This document shows, in pieces, positions 29,170 to 43,029 of a DNA stretch of 64,000 bases; position 1 is the first letter of the stretch; every line of letters starts with the position of its first letter. The position numbers were made by a program, and so were the translations under genes. The stretch covers positions 62,620,001 to 62,684,000 of the forward strand of contig OZ024745.1 of assembly GCA_964016885.1 (NCBI GenBank). The letters run 5' to 3'. The DNA is from Eledone cirrhosa (taxonomy: Eukaryota). Under the pieces are notes generated by a model. It made no database searches. It was not told the origin of the DNA and was given only the letters and a program-made list of their open reading frames with translations.

Positions 29170-29357
29170 CTACTATAGTCACATTTTGGGGGAGGGGATA
29201 GTCAATTGAATCGACCCCGGTGCCTAACTTGTGCTCGACCCAGTAAGGATGAAAGACAAAGCCTACACCGCCGGGATTTGAACTAAGAACGCAAAGGGAC
29301 ATAACTCTATGCAAAGTTGCTTTCCGACGCCCTATTGATTCTACTAATCCACCGTCC
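29170..29357 (-). mobile_element. tRNA-derived SINE
   Basis: B-box GTTCAAATCCC on the minus strand. Body shared with the 33.6, 50.2, 52.1 and 56.6 kb copies. Confidence 0.75.
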
Positions 29358-29408
29358 TACTTCAAAAAATAAGCAAATAGAAACGTATACACAACTACTC
29401 TAACACAC

Positions 29409-29524
<116 letters not shown>

Positions 29525-29550
29525 GTATATTAATATATATATATATATAT

Positions 29551-29700
29551 ATATAATATTTTGAGAATAAGCTCTCAGTCCTTTACAATAATTAAGCTCC
29601 AGGAAAGGGGCATTTCCGAGCAGTTAACTGCTCGGAAATGCCCCTTTCCTGGAGCTTAATTATTGTAAAGGACTGAGAGCTTATTCTCAAAATATTATAT
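29551..29700. repeat. Perfect 150 bp palindrome abutting (TA)n
   Basis: 75+75 bp, centred on CAGTT|AACTG, with no spacer and no mismatch. Confidence 0.95.
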
Positions 29701-30156
29701 AGTATATTGCTCCTTAAATGTTAGAGCTGATAATTAATCCCGCATATATGGCTGTTATTTCTAGCACCGTTAATGCGGGACGGCTAGTTTGGTCTGGCTA
29801 TACGCGTGTAGTCAGTCTTGCAAAATGTTTTGATGTGAGATGTACTGATTTCTACTGGATTCCTGTTGATATGCACAGAAGATTTGGATATTTCACTTTT
29901 TATTTCAATTCCATTTCGATTCTCTTTATTTTTTAAATTCACATACCACCATTGCGAAACGGATTTAGGTTTCGAGGTTCAAATTCGTCTACAGAACAGG
30001 TTTGGATTTTGAAATTTAAATCTGTCCAGGAATCATGGCAGTTGCCAATATAAACTTGTCTTTATTGACTTATATCGAGACAGACAAATTGTATTCACTT
30101 TAATTAGTTTATTTCATTAATAGCTGACTGTCTGTTGCAATGCAAACACGTTTTGT

Positions 30157-30220
<64 letters not shown>

Positions 30221-30225
<5 letters not shown>

Positions 30226-32185
30226 GTAAATTTGTATTCCAATGTTACTAAGTAGTTGCATTGGATGGAGTCAACCGACGTCAGAGATTGCTCAACGTGT
30301 AATAAAGTGTGTTTTAAAATCCGGAGAAAATATGGAGAAGAAGTTTATGAAGTGGAAATGCAGGTATAAAGAATTTATTAGGTAACAATTGTTTCTATAG
30401 TGTATGGGTTACCTATACCTCGCTATTTGAATAATATAAAAATATTATCATAAACCGAAGGTACACTGTAAGCAAACACATCATGTCGTCAGACCTTTGT
30501 ATTGGAATGATATGAAAATATTTTATACACTAGATAAAAGAGAAAGAAGGAGGTAGGAAGAGAAGGGAAGAGGGAAGTGAGTAAGGTGGAGGGAGTCCTG
30601 GGATTTAAAACTGTCAGACTAGTAGAGATTGTAAGGAGAGAATGTTTTCGCAGCAGTTAGCTTAATGAGGCGTGTTAGGGTTGGCGGGGGAAGTAAATTC
30701 TTCTAGTGGTGTTGTTCGGACAAAATTTAGTTAAAGGGGTCAAAGTGGTACAGAGTTACAGACAAGTTATCTAAAGGGGTCCAGAAAACAGTGTTTAGTA
30801 CTATTATTATAGAAAGCCATATCTTGTGTATAAACATATAAAACAGAAATTTGCAAACGGTGGTGTAAAAAGGTAACATTATATGCATTTAAAAAAAGAA
30901 AAAGTCGTTTTCAAACGATGGTTACAGTATAGTGAACGTTCAATTTTGCTGTTCAAAAGTTTGTTTACCGACGTTAAAATGCAGTATATCTCCAAATTGC
31001 ATAACTTGCAGAAGCGATGATTTTGCTCATATGCAGGCGCAGCTGCAATAATTTGCCAATCAAGGGAGAATGCTTGATTGTTCCTCCGGAGCTGCCAGGC
31101 TTTATCGGCGAGGGTTGTTACAGAGCGCATTTTCTCGTGCCTGATCGAAGATCGATGTTGGTATAGGCGAGCTTTGAAAGAAGTTGCGGTACATCCGACG
31201 TAATACCATTTGTTGGTTCCGGAATTTATTGTACATCGGTAGACAATATTGCGTGCTAGGCACTGGTTATTCAGTGGGCACGTACCTGGTTTGGTGCAGT
31301 TACAATTATTTTTATGTTTTGAAGTAGAATCATGGATAGTTTGGTGGGGTTATAGTTGCGTGTTAGTGCGTTGTATGTTGCTATGCTGGTGCGCTGAGTC
31401 ATTAGGGATGTACTTATTTAGTATTGCTGAGTTGAGTTTTTTAATTAGTTGTCTCTGTTAGGTGCGGTGGAGTATGAGAGTCTAATGGTGCGCGGGTTAA
31501 AGATTTTATAGTATTTATGTGAAGTTGTAAAGTGTTTATTGATTAGTGTGTATAATTGTGAGATAATCTTAGTGCTAATAGAAGTATTGTACACGGGGTT
31601 ATACCATATGTACTCTCTACGTCTGACTCTATTTGCTGGTTTGCACCTATTAGTATGCCTATTGATGTGTGTGTGTGGTGCAATACTAGTTCTACTTAGA
31701 TGTGTTTTATTCATAGTACTTATGTGGTTATCGTCAAGATATTCCATTTTCTCGCAGTAACCAGCTTTTCTAAGTGCGTCATTATAATATTCAGCATGCT
31801 CGTTGAAGGTCTGCAAATTAGACGACAGTTGGGAGATCCTTATGGATATATTTTTAGGGATAGATTTAATAATGGAATGGGGATAGTTCGATTTTACATT
31901 AACGTACTTGAGATTTTCATTAAGTTTGTGAAATGGCTCTATATTACCGTTATTAACGTTGAAGGTGACATCCAAGAAGTTGACCACCTTAAGATTGTGT
32001 TCGAAGGTACTATTAAGCCCTAGTTCTAAGAAAAGTTTTCAAATGTTTTTAAGTCGCCTTTCTACGTTTTGTTTGCTCATATTCTTGACTAATAGAAGTG
32101 TATCGTCGCGGTATATTCCGCCGTGGAGGTCCGTAAATTCGCTCTGGAGTCTGTGGGCTATATAGATCCCAACCAAATTTGTGCC
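30221..32185 (-). mobile_element. 5'-truncated Naiad-type Penelope-like element: disrupted RT + GIY-YIG ORF (32185-30879), 3' UTR and hammerhead-bearing terminus at (TA)n
   Basis: GGIYRDD, VNFLDVT, SNYP, WYNP, KIFNPRTIRLSYS, CNC..CPL..C, IVY..YYVG, CKLC, LLN..CNH. Frameshifts and stops present. Confidence 0.92.
30380..30496 (-). ncRNA. Type I hammerhead in the PLE 3' terminus, long stem II domain
   Basis: AGGT-CTGACGA-[~90 nt with hairpins]-GAAAC-AATT-GTT-ACCT. Confidence 0.72.
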
Positions 32186-32595
32186 TAAATAGAAACAATT
32201 ATTATTCAAACTAAAATGTATTTGGATGTATTTAAATAAAATATCTTCATAAGACGCATTTGTTTTCATAATAGTGTGATATAGTAATAGAATAAATATT
32301 TTACTCTACTTTAATTCCTCCTGTAATATTTTATTCCATTTTATGAACGTAAAGGTTCTTCTAAACTTGTTACAACTATTTTATAGAAAGCTTAGCAGAT
32401 ATTATGTGAGAGGCAGCTTGCAAACAATGTATCAAGTCCAACATTCGTAAATACTTTCAACCCAAATAGAAATATATACCACGCTTTATTTCCATTTTTG
32501 TTGTCTAACACTTACATAGTTAGTCTCTCATAATTCTGGTTCTTATAGAGCCAGAATTAATGTAAATACACACACACACGCATATATATATGTAT

Positions 32596-33530
32596 TCTTC
32601 TTCTTCTTCTTCTTCTTCTTCTTCTTCCTGGATGGTCATGGAGGAGAGTCCTCAAACACTCCTTCCAGCGGATCCTGTCAGAAGCAACCGTCCCAAATTA
32701 ATCCGATTGGATTCCCAAGAGAGATCTTGCTGGGGTTCTACACCTGGGTCTCCTGCCGATTCTTTGCTGAGAAATTGTAACCCCATACCCATAATGTTCG
32801 TAGAAATAATCGCTTTACCTAGAGTGACTAACTGATCTCCGAGCTACGCACTTTATCGAGTAAAGTTACTCTAAAAACCTTTCGGAGGAACCCCATTTCG
32901 ACCACTTTTATTCGCGATCGTAATCTTTCGGTTATTACCCAAGATTCATGACCATAGGTAAGGGTTGGCACGAAAACCGAATTGAAGGAAGCAAGATTGG
33001 GCTTTACACCTATATGTTCTGATTACTGAATGCTGAAGCTGGCGCATTACTGCAGCAGCTTCTGAAATTCTTGCACTTAATTCAGCCTCCTTCCTTCCAT
33101 CACCCGTGTACACGTCTCGGAGATACTAAAACTTCTCTACTTGCTTCAGTGGAACTCCATTCAAATGTAGAGCTCACTGAGCAGGCTTCTTCAAGAAGCC
33201 AAGCACTAATTTACATTCCATCCATGCAGCACTCGGCACCAAACCTATTGGGTATAAGTCGGAGATCACCTTCTCTCGAGTTAAGTAACACCATATCGTC
33301 AGCAAATTCCAGCCGACTGATTGTATACACGCCAGTCGTGATACTACTTCCAACGCGGTTTCATGTGTCAATCCTATTCATGTAAGTAATGAATAGGAGA
33401 GGTGACAATACGCATCCTTCGCAGAGTCTGTTTCCAACATTGAATGCTTTCGATTTAGCTCCATTTATCCGAACTGACATATTCAGGCATGCGTATAGAG
33501 ACATCAGCGCCGAAAGTAGTTGACACTATA
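32596..33530 (-). pseudogene. 5'-truncated RTE LINE with (GAA)n tail
   Basis: EGCVLSPLLFITYM, LEFADDMVLL, VPTLTYGHESWVITERLRSRI..EMGFLR, LDKVRSSEI. Confidence 0.9.
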
Positions 33531-33554
33531 AGAAAAACGTCAAGGTATGGAAAT

Positions 33555-33745
33555 ACTCGAAACTGAGATGCCAGAATAGACGGTCAGACGTTATGCTTTC
33601 CACCATAGAGTTATGGCCCTTTACGGCCTGAGTTCAAATCCCGCCGAGGTTAACTTCGCCATTCATCCTTACGGGGTCGATAAAATAAAGCAGAAGTAAT
33701 GCATGGAGATAATTGCTTGTCTCGTGCCAAAAGTAGAAACAATTA
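33555..33745 (+). mobile_element. tRNA-derived SINE
   Basis: GAGTTCAAATCCCGCCGAGGTTAACTT..CATCCTTACGGGGTCGATAAAATAAAG. Confidence 0.8.
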
Positions 33746-33754
33746 TGTGTGTAT

Positions 33755-33786
<32 letters not shown>

Positions 33787-34198
33787 CCGGGAGAGTTGAT
33801 CCCTTAGCCTTTGTCAAGGCAGAATTTTAGGAGAAGAAAAACTCTGATATAACACCTGCAACCCTGATGGTATCCAATGATGTTGACTTGTTCTTCTTTT
33901 TGGTAAATATGATCTTGGTTAAGAGAGTGGGACTAGCTTTGTGCTGTGCCTTTGCTCACTATAAAAGCTTCACGGCACAGGCATTGCTTTATATCTGGCG
34001 ATCTCTCTGCACTTGTCGTCACATGGTACCATGGGCCCAGCACTATGTGTCAATAATTGTCACAAGTGTAGTGTTTGTACCAGAGTTTTCAAGTCGCTGG
34101 CTGGACTAAAAAGTCACACTCGTTCAGCGCATCGGTAGAGGTTCTCCTACATGTATATAAACTAGTGGCCGTACTCGAAAACGAGTTGGCAGCCACCA
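33787..34198 (+). mobile_element. Bipartite non-autonomous RTE-derived element, second copy, between (TA)n tracts
   Basis: Reverse complement of 13868-14278. Encodes CSVCTRVFKSLAGLKSHTRSAH. Confidence 0.7.
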
Positions 34199-34199
34199 G

Positions 34200-34230
<31 letters not shown>

Positions 34231-34231
<1 letters not shown>

Positions 34232-34431
34232 CGGAAGAAATGTGGTAAGGAACCAGGTGGACCATAACGCACCAAAGTACTCAATACTCAGGGTAGTAGA
34301 GTGGGTAATAGGAACGAGTAAGACCCCGACGGCTGAGCTCAAGCCGTTTCGACGGCTAATTCTGGACTAAATTTTAGTCCAGAATTAGCCGTCGAAACGG
34401 CTTGAGCTCAGCCGTCGGGGTCTTACTCGTT

Positions 34432-34436
<5 letters not shown>
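34231..34436. mobile_element. Family B' element with perfect fold-back (34308-34436) carrying hammerhead 3' halves
   Basis: 64 bp arms around a single T at 34372. Each arm reads GAAAC-GGCT tgagctc AGCC-GTC-GGGGTC. Confidence 0.85.
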
Positions 34437-34487
<51 letters not shown>

Positions 34488-35405
34488 CATGCATATAGAG
34501 ACATTTGTATAAAATATGTTTGCGTGTGTGTGTCAGCATGGGTGTGCATAGCAAGTGTGTATGCATATTATCAATCAATTGATTACAATTTCAGCAGTAG
34601 GTTGTGTAACTGGAATGACAAGATTTCCATGTCATATTATGGTTCTTCCATCCATTTTGTTGTTGAAGCACACTATGGTATCAGAAAGATTGCTATGAGA
34701 ATAATGTTCAAGTGGACTGGAAATGTTCATAAGATATACGATAGCTGCAGTACACTTGAAAAATATAATTTGTTTGCGTATCACTGTCATACTGTGAAAT
34801 ATACATCATATGGTAGGATGCAATTCGCTTTGATGTAATAATTAGATTTCTAGTCATTGAAGCTGGCATTAACATACGATAAAACACTTTATATTAAGGA
34901 TTCAGATAAAAGGATTCTAGTTTTCTCCTTAGAACATTGCGTTATATAATTGGTTGTAAGGAAAGGAAAAAAGAAAGAGGTCATTAAGATTATGCCTAAT
35001 TAATATATACTGATCAATTATTATTTGCGGGATTTTCACATCTTAAAACTGTACCATTGTTATAGAATATGGATGCCATTTTTAGCGGGCACTCTAATGA
35101 GCGGGTTATTTATGCTTCACATTACCTCATCAATTCACAAGAAAACTTCATGCCTGATTTTGTTTATATATGCTGGCAAATATTAAAAAATCTAGAATAT
35201 TTGCAGTAACACATTTCTCCGTAGATGTATTATAATTATGACAATTGAAGAGTAAATCGTATTTAACAAAAGGAAGATATACTCGGTGATTTCATTGCAA
35301 ATATTTCCGCAATGGTAATGCATTAAATGTAATTTTCAAATTCACCTGAATGCAGAAGTACAGCTTGAATAGGATGATTAGAAGTAACATATTGAGAGGG
35401 CCCTT

Positions 35406-35449
<44 letters not shown>

Positions 35450-35450
35450 G

Positions 35451-35483
<33 letters not shown>

Positions 35484-35600
35484 GTGCTGTTGCTGCTGTT
35501 GCTGCTGCTGTTGCTGCTGTTGCTGCTGCTGTTGCTGCTGCTGTTGCTGCTGCTGCTGTTGATGATGATGATGATGACGATTTTGATGCTGATGTTGATA
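35406..35600. repeat. (CTA)n-(CTG/TTG)n-(GAT)n compound trinucleotide repeat
   Basis: Direct reading. Confidence 0.9.
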
Positions 35601-36071
35601 CTGAAGCTGCAACTGTTGGTGTGTCATTCCTAATTAATGTGTGAATATTAATCAACTCCATAGCTTAATAATTATTAGCATCATTATTTTACATAGGACT
35701 ACATAACTCCATATATCTGCTATATTGCCCACACTTTAACACGATTACATTTCAAAGTTACATCTTTTAGTTCTTTCCCTTTGTTATACTGCGTTTTCTT
35801 AAAGAAACGTTTTCCTCACTATATTTTAACGGCATCTTCAAACCCAACACTTGGTCACAAATTTGATCCCTCTTACAATCTAGGGATATGATGAAAATTG
35901 AATCTTGAAACATTAGGTAGCGCTTTTGTTCCAGGGATAAATTATATATATAGAGCTTCATTTTTGAAAAAATTAAGTTTCGGCTTAAAATTTGGAACAA
36001 TATTAAAAGTATTGCAAGCAACATATAAATTTTGATATAAAAAAAGAATTTCACCTACAATTTTTTTGCTT

Positions 36072-36134
36072 TTTCCACGGTTTCGTTTAGGCAAAGAAAT
36101 CAATGAATTAAGACGCGTTAAACTCATCAGGAAA
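36072..36134 (-). ncRNA. Hammerhead relic with damaged cleavage site
   Basis: TTTC-CTGATGA-GTTTA..TAAAC-GAAAC-C-GTG-GAAA. G occupies position 17. Confidence 0.55.
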
Positions 36135-36282
36135 TAATGACTTAAACCAAATCTTTCTCCCTATATATGTATGTTCAACAAATATAAATGTTTATAACTC
36201 ATTCAGAGCACTCAACAGTTTTTCTGGAGTATAATATACAATGATATTAAATAAATGGAAACTATATTTATAAAACAATATT

Positions 36283-36344
36283 TATTCTATTATATATATT
36301 TCAAGGGTACCACAAATTTTGGTACGCTATCATCAGATAAAATA
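36283..36344 (-). ncRNA. Type I hammerhead (family D, intact core)
   Basis: TATTTTAT-CTGATGA-TAG(C)GTACCA aaatttg TGGTAC(C)CTT-GAAA-TATATA-TA-ATAGAATA. Confidence 0.85.
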
Positions 36345-37369
36345 CGAAGTGTTTTATAAATTTTAACATAACGGTTCAAGTTATCCCTGGATATATATAA
36401 CCTTTGTTGCGTTTGATCGCCAGCGTAATGCTGGAGAGATACTAATAACGTGTAGTCTTCTTACCTTCTTACACCTGTTTGTCAAGAAGACATTTACGGT
36501 TAAGCAACAGAGTAGTTACTATTATGTATGTGTGTTTATATATATACATATATATATATATGTGTGTGTGCGTGAATGTGTGTTGTGTGTTTGTGCATGT
36601 GCATGTGTCTGTCATATATATATGTGTCTGTGCGTGTGCGTGTTTGTGTATTTGTGTCATATATATGTGGGGGAGGGGTATAATGTTTTAATCAGACAGT
36701 ATTTATAAAAAGTTTTAATTGTGACATCAATTTGTGTAGATAGTATATTACTATAAAATCTATAGGTCAATCGTACTTACAGTTTAGGGTTGGTGTATAC
36801 TACTCCATTGTATGCTTATAATATATGACATTAACCATATATCAGTAAAAATAAGACCCTGTCCATGTTTTTCATAATTAATGTAACCGTATAACTCGAA
36901 CTCTATTCATTGTCCGATGACATGTATCAGATGATAGCAATCGAATAACATACAGACTCCACCAATACCGAATGAATCTATAGTCAACCTGCCATCATCA
37001 TGGACTGCAATTAATAGTGTCATTAATAAGAGTCATAATCTTTTGAAATTGATTATATTTACTAATAGCTAACAATCTCATATATGAATAATCATATTAA
37101 TATAATTTTATTTTATTTTTTTCTTTGAGAAATAAAAAGGAAACTTCAAACAAAATGATATACTGTCTAGTAAATTAACTGTATTAACGCAGATAACAAC
37201 ATACTAACATTTGCAGCAGTTATTTTAATTAGACTTGTCAGATGTAGGAAATTAAATGACTGCATATTGAAGCATAATGAAAGAAAAAATGTAGGAAATA
37301 CCATTTGTTTAATAGTAGCAGCTGTGCTGCTTGACAAATTACGCAGTGTGCCAACGAATGGGTGAGTAA

Positions 37370-37481
<112 letters not shown>

Positions 37482-37510
37482 AAGAGAGAGATAGAGACAG
37501 ATATATAGAT

Positions 37511-37544
<34 letters not shown>

Positions 37545-38379
37545 CTCTTTTGGAGTAACATAATAAATAACGATTGGTGTTGCTTCAAATATATATATAA
37601 TAATATAAATGTGTGAGCTTTATTCTTTCTGGCTACATAAATGCGGGGAACATCTGCCTGAGAATGCGTTAAAACATATTTATACACTAAAAACAGAATT
37701 ATTCAATTGTTTAAACCTTCCGCCTTGCAGAGTGCTATAAAAGAATAGATTCCCAATCGTACAAACATGCACTTCTAGAAGCAGCCATTTACCAATCACT
37801 GACGTTGTTCCGGGTTCATTCCAATGATATGACACGTTTGAAACATGTTTCCAATCAGATTCCGATATACCTCCCGAATTTGCCGAATACATTCAGCTGC
37901 AGTTGAAAGGGATACGCCAGTTATTTGAATAACAATGGAATGTTAGCATCTGCAAAGTTACTTCACCTCAATTTACTAATCAATAGCAACATTGTTTCCC
38001 TTCTAAAATCAATTTCTAACTCCGTCTTAGCTCTGAATCTCAAGCAAAATGCAGTGCAGGGAAATATTCACTGTCCGTAGCCAGATTCGATAGCTCTCAT
38101 ATTGATATATTCATTTGTAGTATTAAAAACCGAAATAATTTCTTTTAACATCGGATATTTCCGTCCGTATAATTGCTTTTACGTACGCTTGTACATGACC
38201 TTAGAAATGAAAGTTTAGATCGCACCGCATAACATTAAGCCCGTTTGTAGTATACAGAATTAACTCGCAACTTTGATGTCTTTTACAAACACTGTCTTCA
38301 CTATATCTGTGGTTATGCAATTTGTGCCAGAGTTTCAACATTGGTGGGATTGTGTTATTTCTGATTATATTCTAATTTT

Positions 38380-38720
38380 AAAGATGACTGAGGACACGGT
38401 ACAGTCGGCTTTATAATGGTGCACGTATTGTACGCTGATCATTACTGAGATATAAAGACAAACTACGGTACAATCATAAATCTGTACACATATGTCTTAT
38501 GTCTGTTGAAGTCCTAACAGCTGACCGTGGAAAATAGCGAACTACCTGGCATAAAGGTATACAAGTTTGAAAATTCTCATCTGGTCCATCTCCGTGATTT
38601 ATGATCTAACACCAAGATCCGATCAACCCTTCAATGGTGATTCGCTCAAAACCATGTTTGTACAAATCGTATGGCTTTGTGTATAAACCAGCAACTGCAT
38701 TAAGTGGCATTTAATACTTT
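38380..38720 (+). pseudogene. Possible RTE C-terminal relic
   Basis: EVLTADRGK*RTTWHKG resembles the E.LA.DR..WR....G motif. Confidence 0.35.
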
Positions 38721-38781
38721 AGAACCCTCATACCTCGATATACGATGTGGGAGTCCATCACACACACAAACTTACACACAA

Positions 38782-38823
<42 letters not shown>

Positions 38824-41017
38824 TTTATACCTTCAGCTATCTACTAAAATGTCAAATGTCTATGAGTATAAGATGTAAATGAAAGGAGAGAATTAATCGT
38901 TACGAAAGAAATACGTTATTTCACTATAATATTCTATTGTATACAAGTTCTGTTCATCTCCAATTCTATGTGATAATTTTATGTGATAGAGCTTTTCATT
39001 TGTTTCTTGATTTGTATTATTTTAATTTATGTTCTGCTTGTACATGTCTTCGTTTTGTAACTTTTTTTGTATCCACATTTGTGAAATTTTAATTCATTTA
39101 TCGATTCTCCACCGTGTTAACACATTCTAATTCCTCTAATTCCATCCATTTGATTTATTGTCTTGCCAATTTTTTTCACATTTGTTTTAACTTTCTCTTT
39201 TAGTTTGCTTTAGCATGTTGTTATATGTTTATTCTTGTTTAATGTTCGTAATGTTTATGTTTTATTTGCTAAGCTTTTTTTACATTTGGTTTTGGAGGAC
39301 CGATGTCCAATAGCAAACATTCTAAATATTTAAAGGTGTCTTTTCCTTCCTTTTTAATGATCTGATCTTAACTGTTGTAGATTTATTTGGTAATTTCGTC
39401 CTGCTAACGATTACAAATTTGCACAAATATTTCAAAAGAGGATATTCGCTAAAGTTACATTAAGATATTCTCAGCTGCATTAATAATAATGTCTCCATAT
39501 ATCTAACTATCCTCATTATACTAAAAACACAGACAGTGTAAAATAGATGACGGTGAGAGAGATACGTTATCATTATGACAGTGTAATAGAGAAAGCCGAC
39601 CTGGAGAGAGAGAGAGGGGTGAGAGTGAGAGAGAGAGTGAGAGTGAGAGAGGGAGAGAGAGGCGGGATTGAGAGTGAGAGGGAGTGAGAGTGAGGGAGAG
39701 AGAGACAGACAGACAGAAGCAGGAAAGATGAGAAGTGAGCTCTTAATATTCTATCAAACTGAAAATATTTTTTTCATTGTATAGAGATTTCGTTTGTACT
39801 CGGAATTTTTTAAAAAGAAATATTTAGGAAATCATGTTGTTACTATAGTAGCAATCTCTAAAATAATATATTGCATACAATAAGGCAGGTGAACTTAGGG
39901 CAGGAAATAAGGCAGCTAAACAATAACTGCGAAAAGGAAAATGATTGTGTTTTATTGTGTTTTTGTCTAATATTTTCCCATATTCCGGAGGTCATTTTTG
40001 TGGTTGATTTCAATTTGCGGTACATAAAATAAATGGAATTACTTTAGTAATATACGAACGTACTACTATAGCAGTATTCAAATAAATGTATACACCGACA
40101 CTTGACTGAGATACAATTAAAAATACCCATGAATTGGGTGAAGCAGTGCTGTTGAACCGACATATAGAGTAAACAGCTCTTTTCCTAAATACACGTTCAG
40201 TAAACCAACAAGGTCTATGAGGAATTCTATGTAATTGGTTCCACTAAAATGTATTGACTATAGAATAATAAAAGGTAAATTGTTAGCATTTTATAATCGG
40301 ATCGTGGATTTAAATGTTTGAAACGCTTTCACGTGAATAACGCAATTAGGAAATTCATTCACAACACAGCCCCCGACTCAGATTACAGTATATCAAACAA
40401 AAAACAAAAAATAAAATAAGATGAGTACTGTTATAGCAATGATATTCATTTTTGAATAATTATTAAAATAATTTTCACTGGAAATTTTTATTGCGCATAG
40501 AAGCATTTAAATGTTTTGTGAGGGAATATTGCATTTGTTACAAGGAATAATAGAGAAAGACACAATGATTTATTATAATTGATGTCGAAAACTAAAAACA
40601 AAACACGTCCTAATGAATATTTAATATATCCGCTAACGAGAGGAAAATATGAATATAATTAGCTTGCAAAAAATATGCATGTCGCTAACGAGAAGAGATT
40701 AGCAAATTTAAGCTTTATGGAGGATAAATATTTCATCATGGATACCGAAAACGATTCTGCGTTTTTTTTTTTAATTCTGAGCTTTATAGAAAGAATAACA
40801 AAATGACTGATATGTTTTCTCGTATATGTGTTTATTGTTCTCCAGTAAATCTAATATAAATTATAATAGGTCAGTAAGTAATCTTACTTTAAATATACTT
40901 CTATATATTTATGCACTAAGAAATAAACATGAGTCGGTAAATTAATGAAACCAGAATAAACATGTTCTTAAATATAGCTGAGAGTGACCTAGATTGTGGA
41001 ATAGAAAGTATTTGGCG

Positions 41018-41095
41018 ATGGAGAAATAAACATGTATTAAACATGGAGAAATAAACATGTATTAAACGATGGAGAAATAAACATGTATTAAACAT
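41018..41095. repeat. Three ~26 bp tandem repeats (ATGGAGAAATAAACATGTATTAAAC)
   Basis: Direct reading. Confidence 0.85.
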
Positions 41096-41477
41096 GAATT
41101 TAAGGGGAATTGATATATTTAGCTTCTTTTTTTAATTTTTTAAAAAATGGTATTGATTACCAAATCAATAGCTCGAATATGATTTCAATAGCTTTTAATC
41201 ACTTGTTTGATTGGAGATAAAACATTCTTCTTTGTCACAGGGAGTCTTCTCTGAAATAGCAATGTACAGTCCAGTACCTTTTCTTTGGTGCAGATGGGAA
41301 TGCCCCTCATAACATAATGTATTTCTATTTAGCAGTGTACTATTAATTGGTTTAACAATTAAATAAAATAGACGTATATATGTGAGACACCTTCACCGAA
41401 AAGGTTTAATCGATAATGTAAACACACAGACACACACACGCTGACACACACACATACACACACACATATATATATAT

Positions 41478-42035
41478 TTCTTCTTCTTCTTCTTCTTTTA
41501 CTTTTTCATCGTCTTCTTCTTCACCCACTTATTCCTGAGAGGGTCGTGGGAGTAGTGTCCCCAAATACTTATTCCAAATACTTATTCCTGTCAGAGGCAG
41601 CCGTCACCACATGATCCGACTGGAGCCCCGAACGACACCAGCCAAGCTCATGGATTTTATCCAACCAGTTTACTCAGAGTCTACCATTGGGTCTCCTGCC
41701 GTTGGTTTTGACCGTAAAATCTGTTGAGACATTCTAACCACAAGCTCGTAATACTTTAGCTGTGATCACTCAATTCTGAGAGGTAGCCGCTTTATATAAA
41801 GTGACTCTCTGATCTCCGAGTTACCCATTCTATAGAGTAATGTTAATCCAAAGTCCCTGCGGAGAAGCCTCATTTCAGCCGCCTGTATTTTCGATCGTAT
41901 TCTTCCGGGGATTGCTCAAGATTCATGACCATAGGTAAGGGATGGCATGAATGAATATGTATTTAAGATATCTAATTTGGATTTAGCACCTACCTCCAAT
42001 CTTCTGGTTACCGAATGCTGATCCTGGCGCATTAC
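41478..42035 (-). pseudogene. RTE LINE 3' fragment with (GAA)n tail
   Basis: Shares AAGATTCATGACCATAGGTAAGGG (LTYGHES) with 32940-32965. Confidence 0.8.
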
Positions 42036-42965
42036 CAGTCATATTTCCAATTTAATTTATACTTCACATATTTCTTTTCAAATTAAATTGCCTAAATGAC
42101 ATTGCAAGTACTCTTAAAATAGTTTCTAAGAAGTTGCCTTAATAAAATTAATGTAATCGCCAATAGCATACTCAGTCAATAAAGAAAATCACATGCGATA
42201 GTCATTCTTTTACTTACACATTTTCTTGCTCTGGTTGGTGGCAATAATAAGTATATTTGGAGTCTTTTGAAATGTTGAAGCTTATAATGCATGAGCTGGA
42301 ACAAGAGACATTGACTGGAGGATTCCATTTTAAACGAACATGATAAAAGACAATGCCTGTATTATTAACGCCCGATTATACTATTGAATATCTGACTGTG
42401 GATTCTGTGCTAGATTGTACAGGAAATTAAAATCAGCTGACACAAATTACGCTTGTCTTTACATGATTTTCTTTGTAATGTCTAAATATTTTAGGGACAT
42501 ATACTCTATACAAATTAAATATAAATGAGGTGTAACTTTCTAAGCTATATCCACTTTGCACTGTATAAATACGAATAATTATTATAGTACCATCTTGTGT
42601 GATACCATTTTAAAATATCACCCTATATTTTATATACGATATTGATGTCTGAAGTATATATCTTCAGAAAGCGTTATTGATTTCCAATTCCAGGTAATAG
42701 GAGGGCTTCTAATAATGCATATAGCTACTAAGTGATGGCGTTATGGTTAAAAAAATACAAATACACATATATACATAAAAACATATACACATCTGCACTT
42801 ATACAAACAGAGGCACAAACAACACACACACACACATATATATGTGAGTGTTTGTGATTCTGCGTGCGCGAGCATGTGCGTGTGTGTTTATATGATAATG
42901 TATATGATAGGTTGTGGCTTTACTGCTATATAGGGAAAATATCAATCAAAAGATATCACAATATA

Positions 42966-43029
<64 letters not shown>

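Noticed and set aside
37680-37950. Host exon or mariner HTH (TAAECIRQIREVY)
   Set aside because: Short, with stops nearby, and no TIRs or clear splice sites.
41018-41095. CRISPR-like array
   Set aside because: Repeats have no spacers and the context is eukaryotic.
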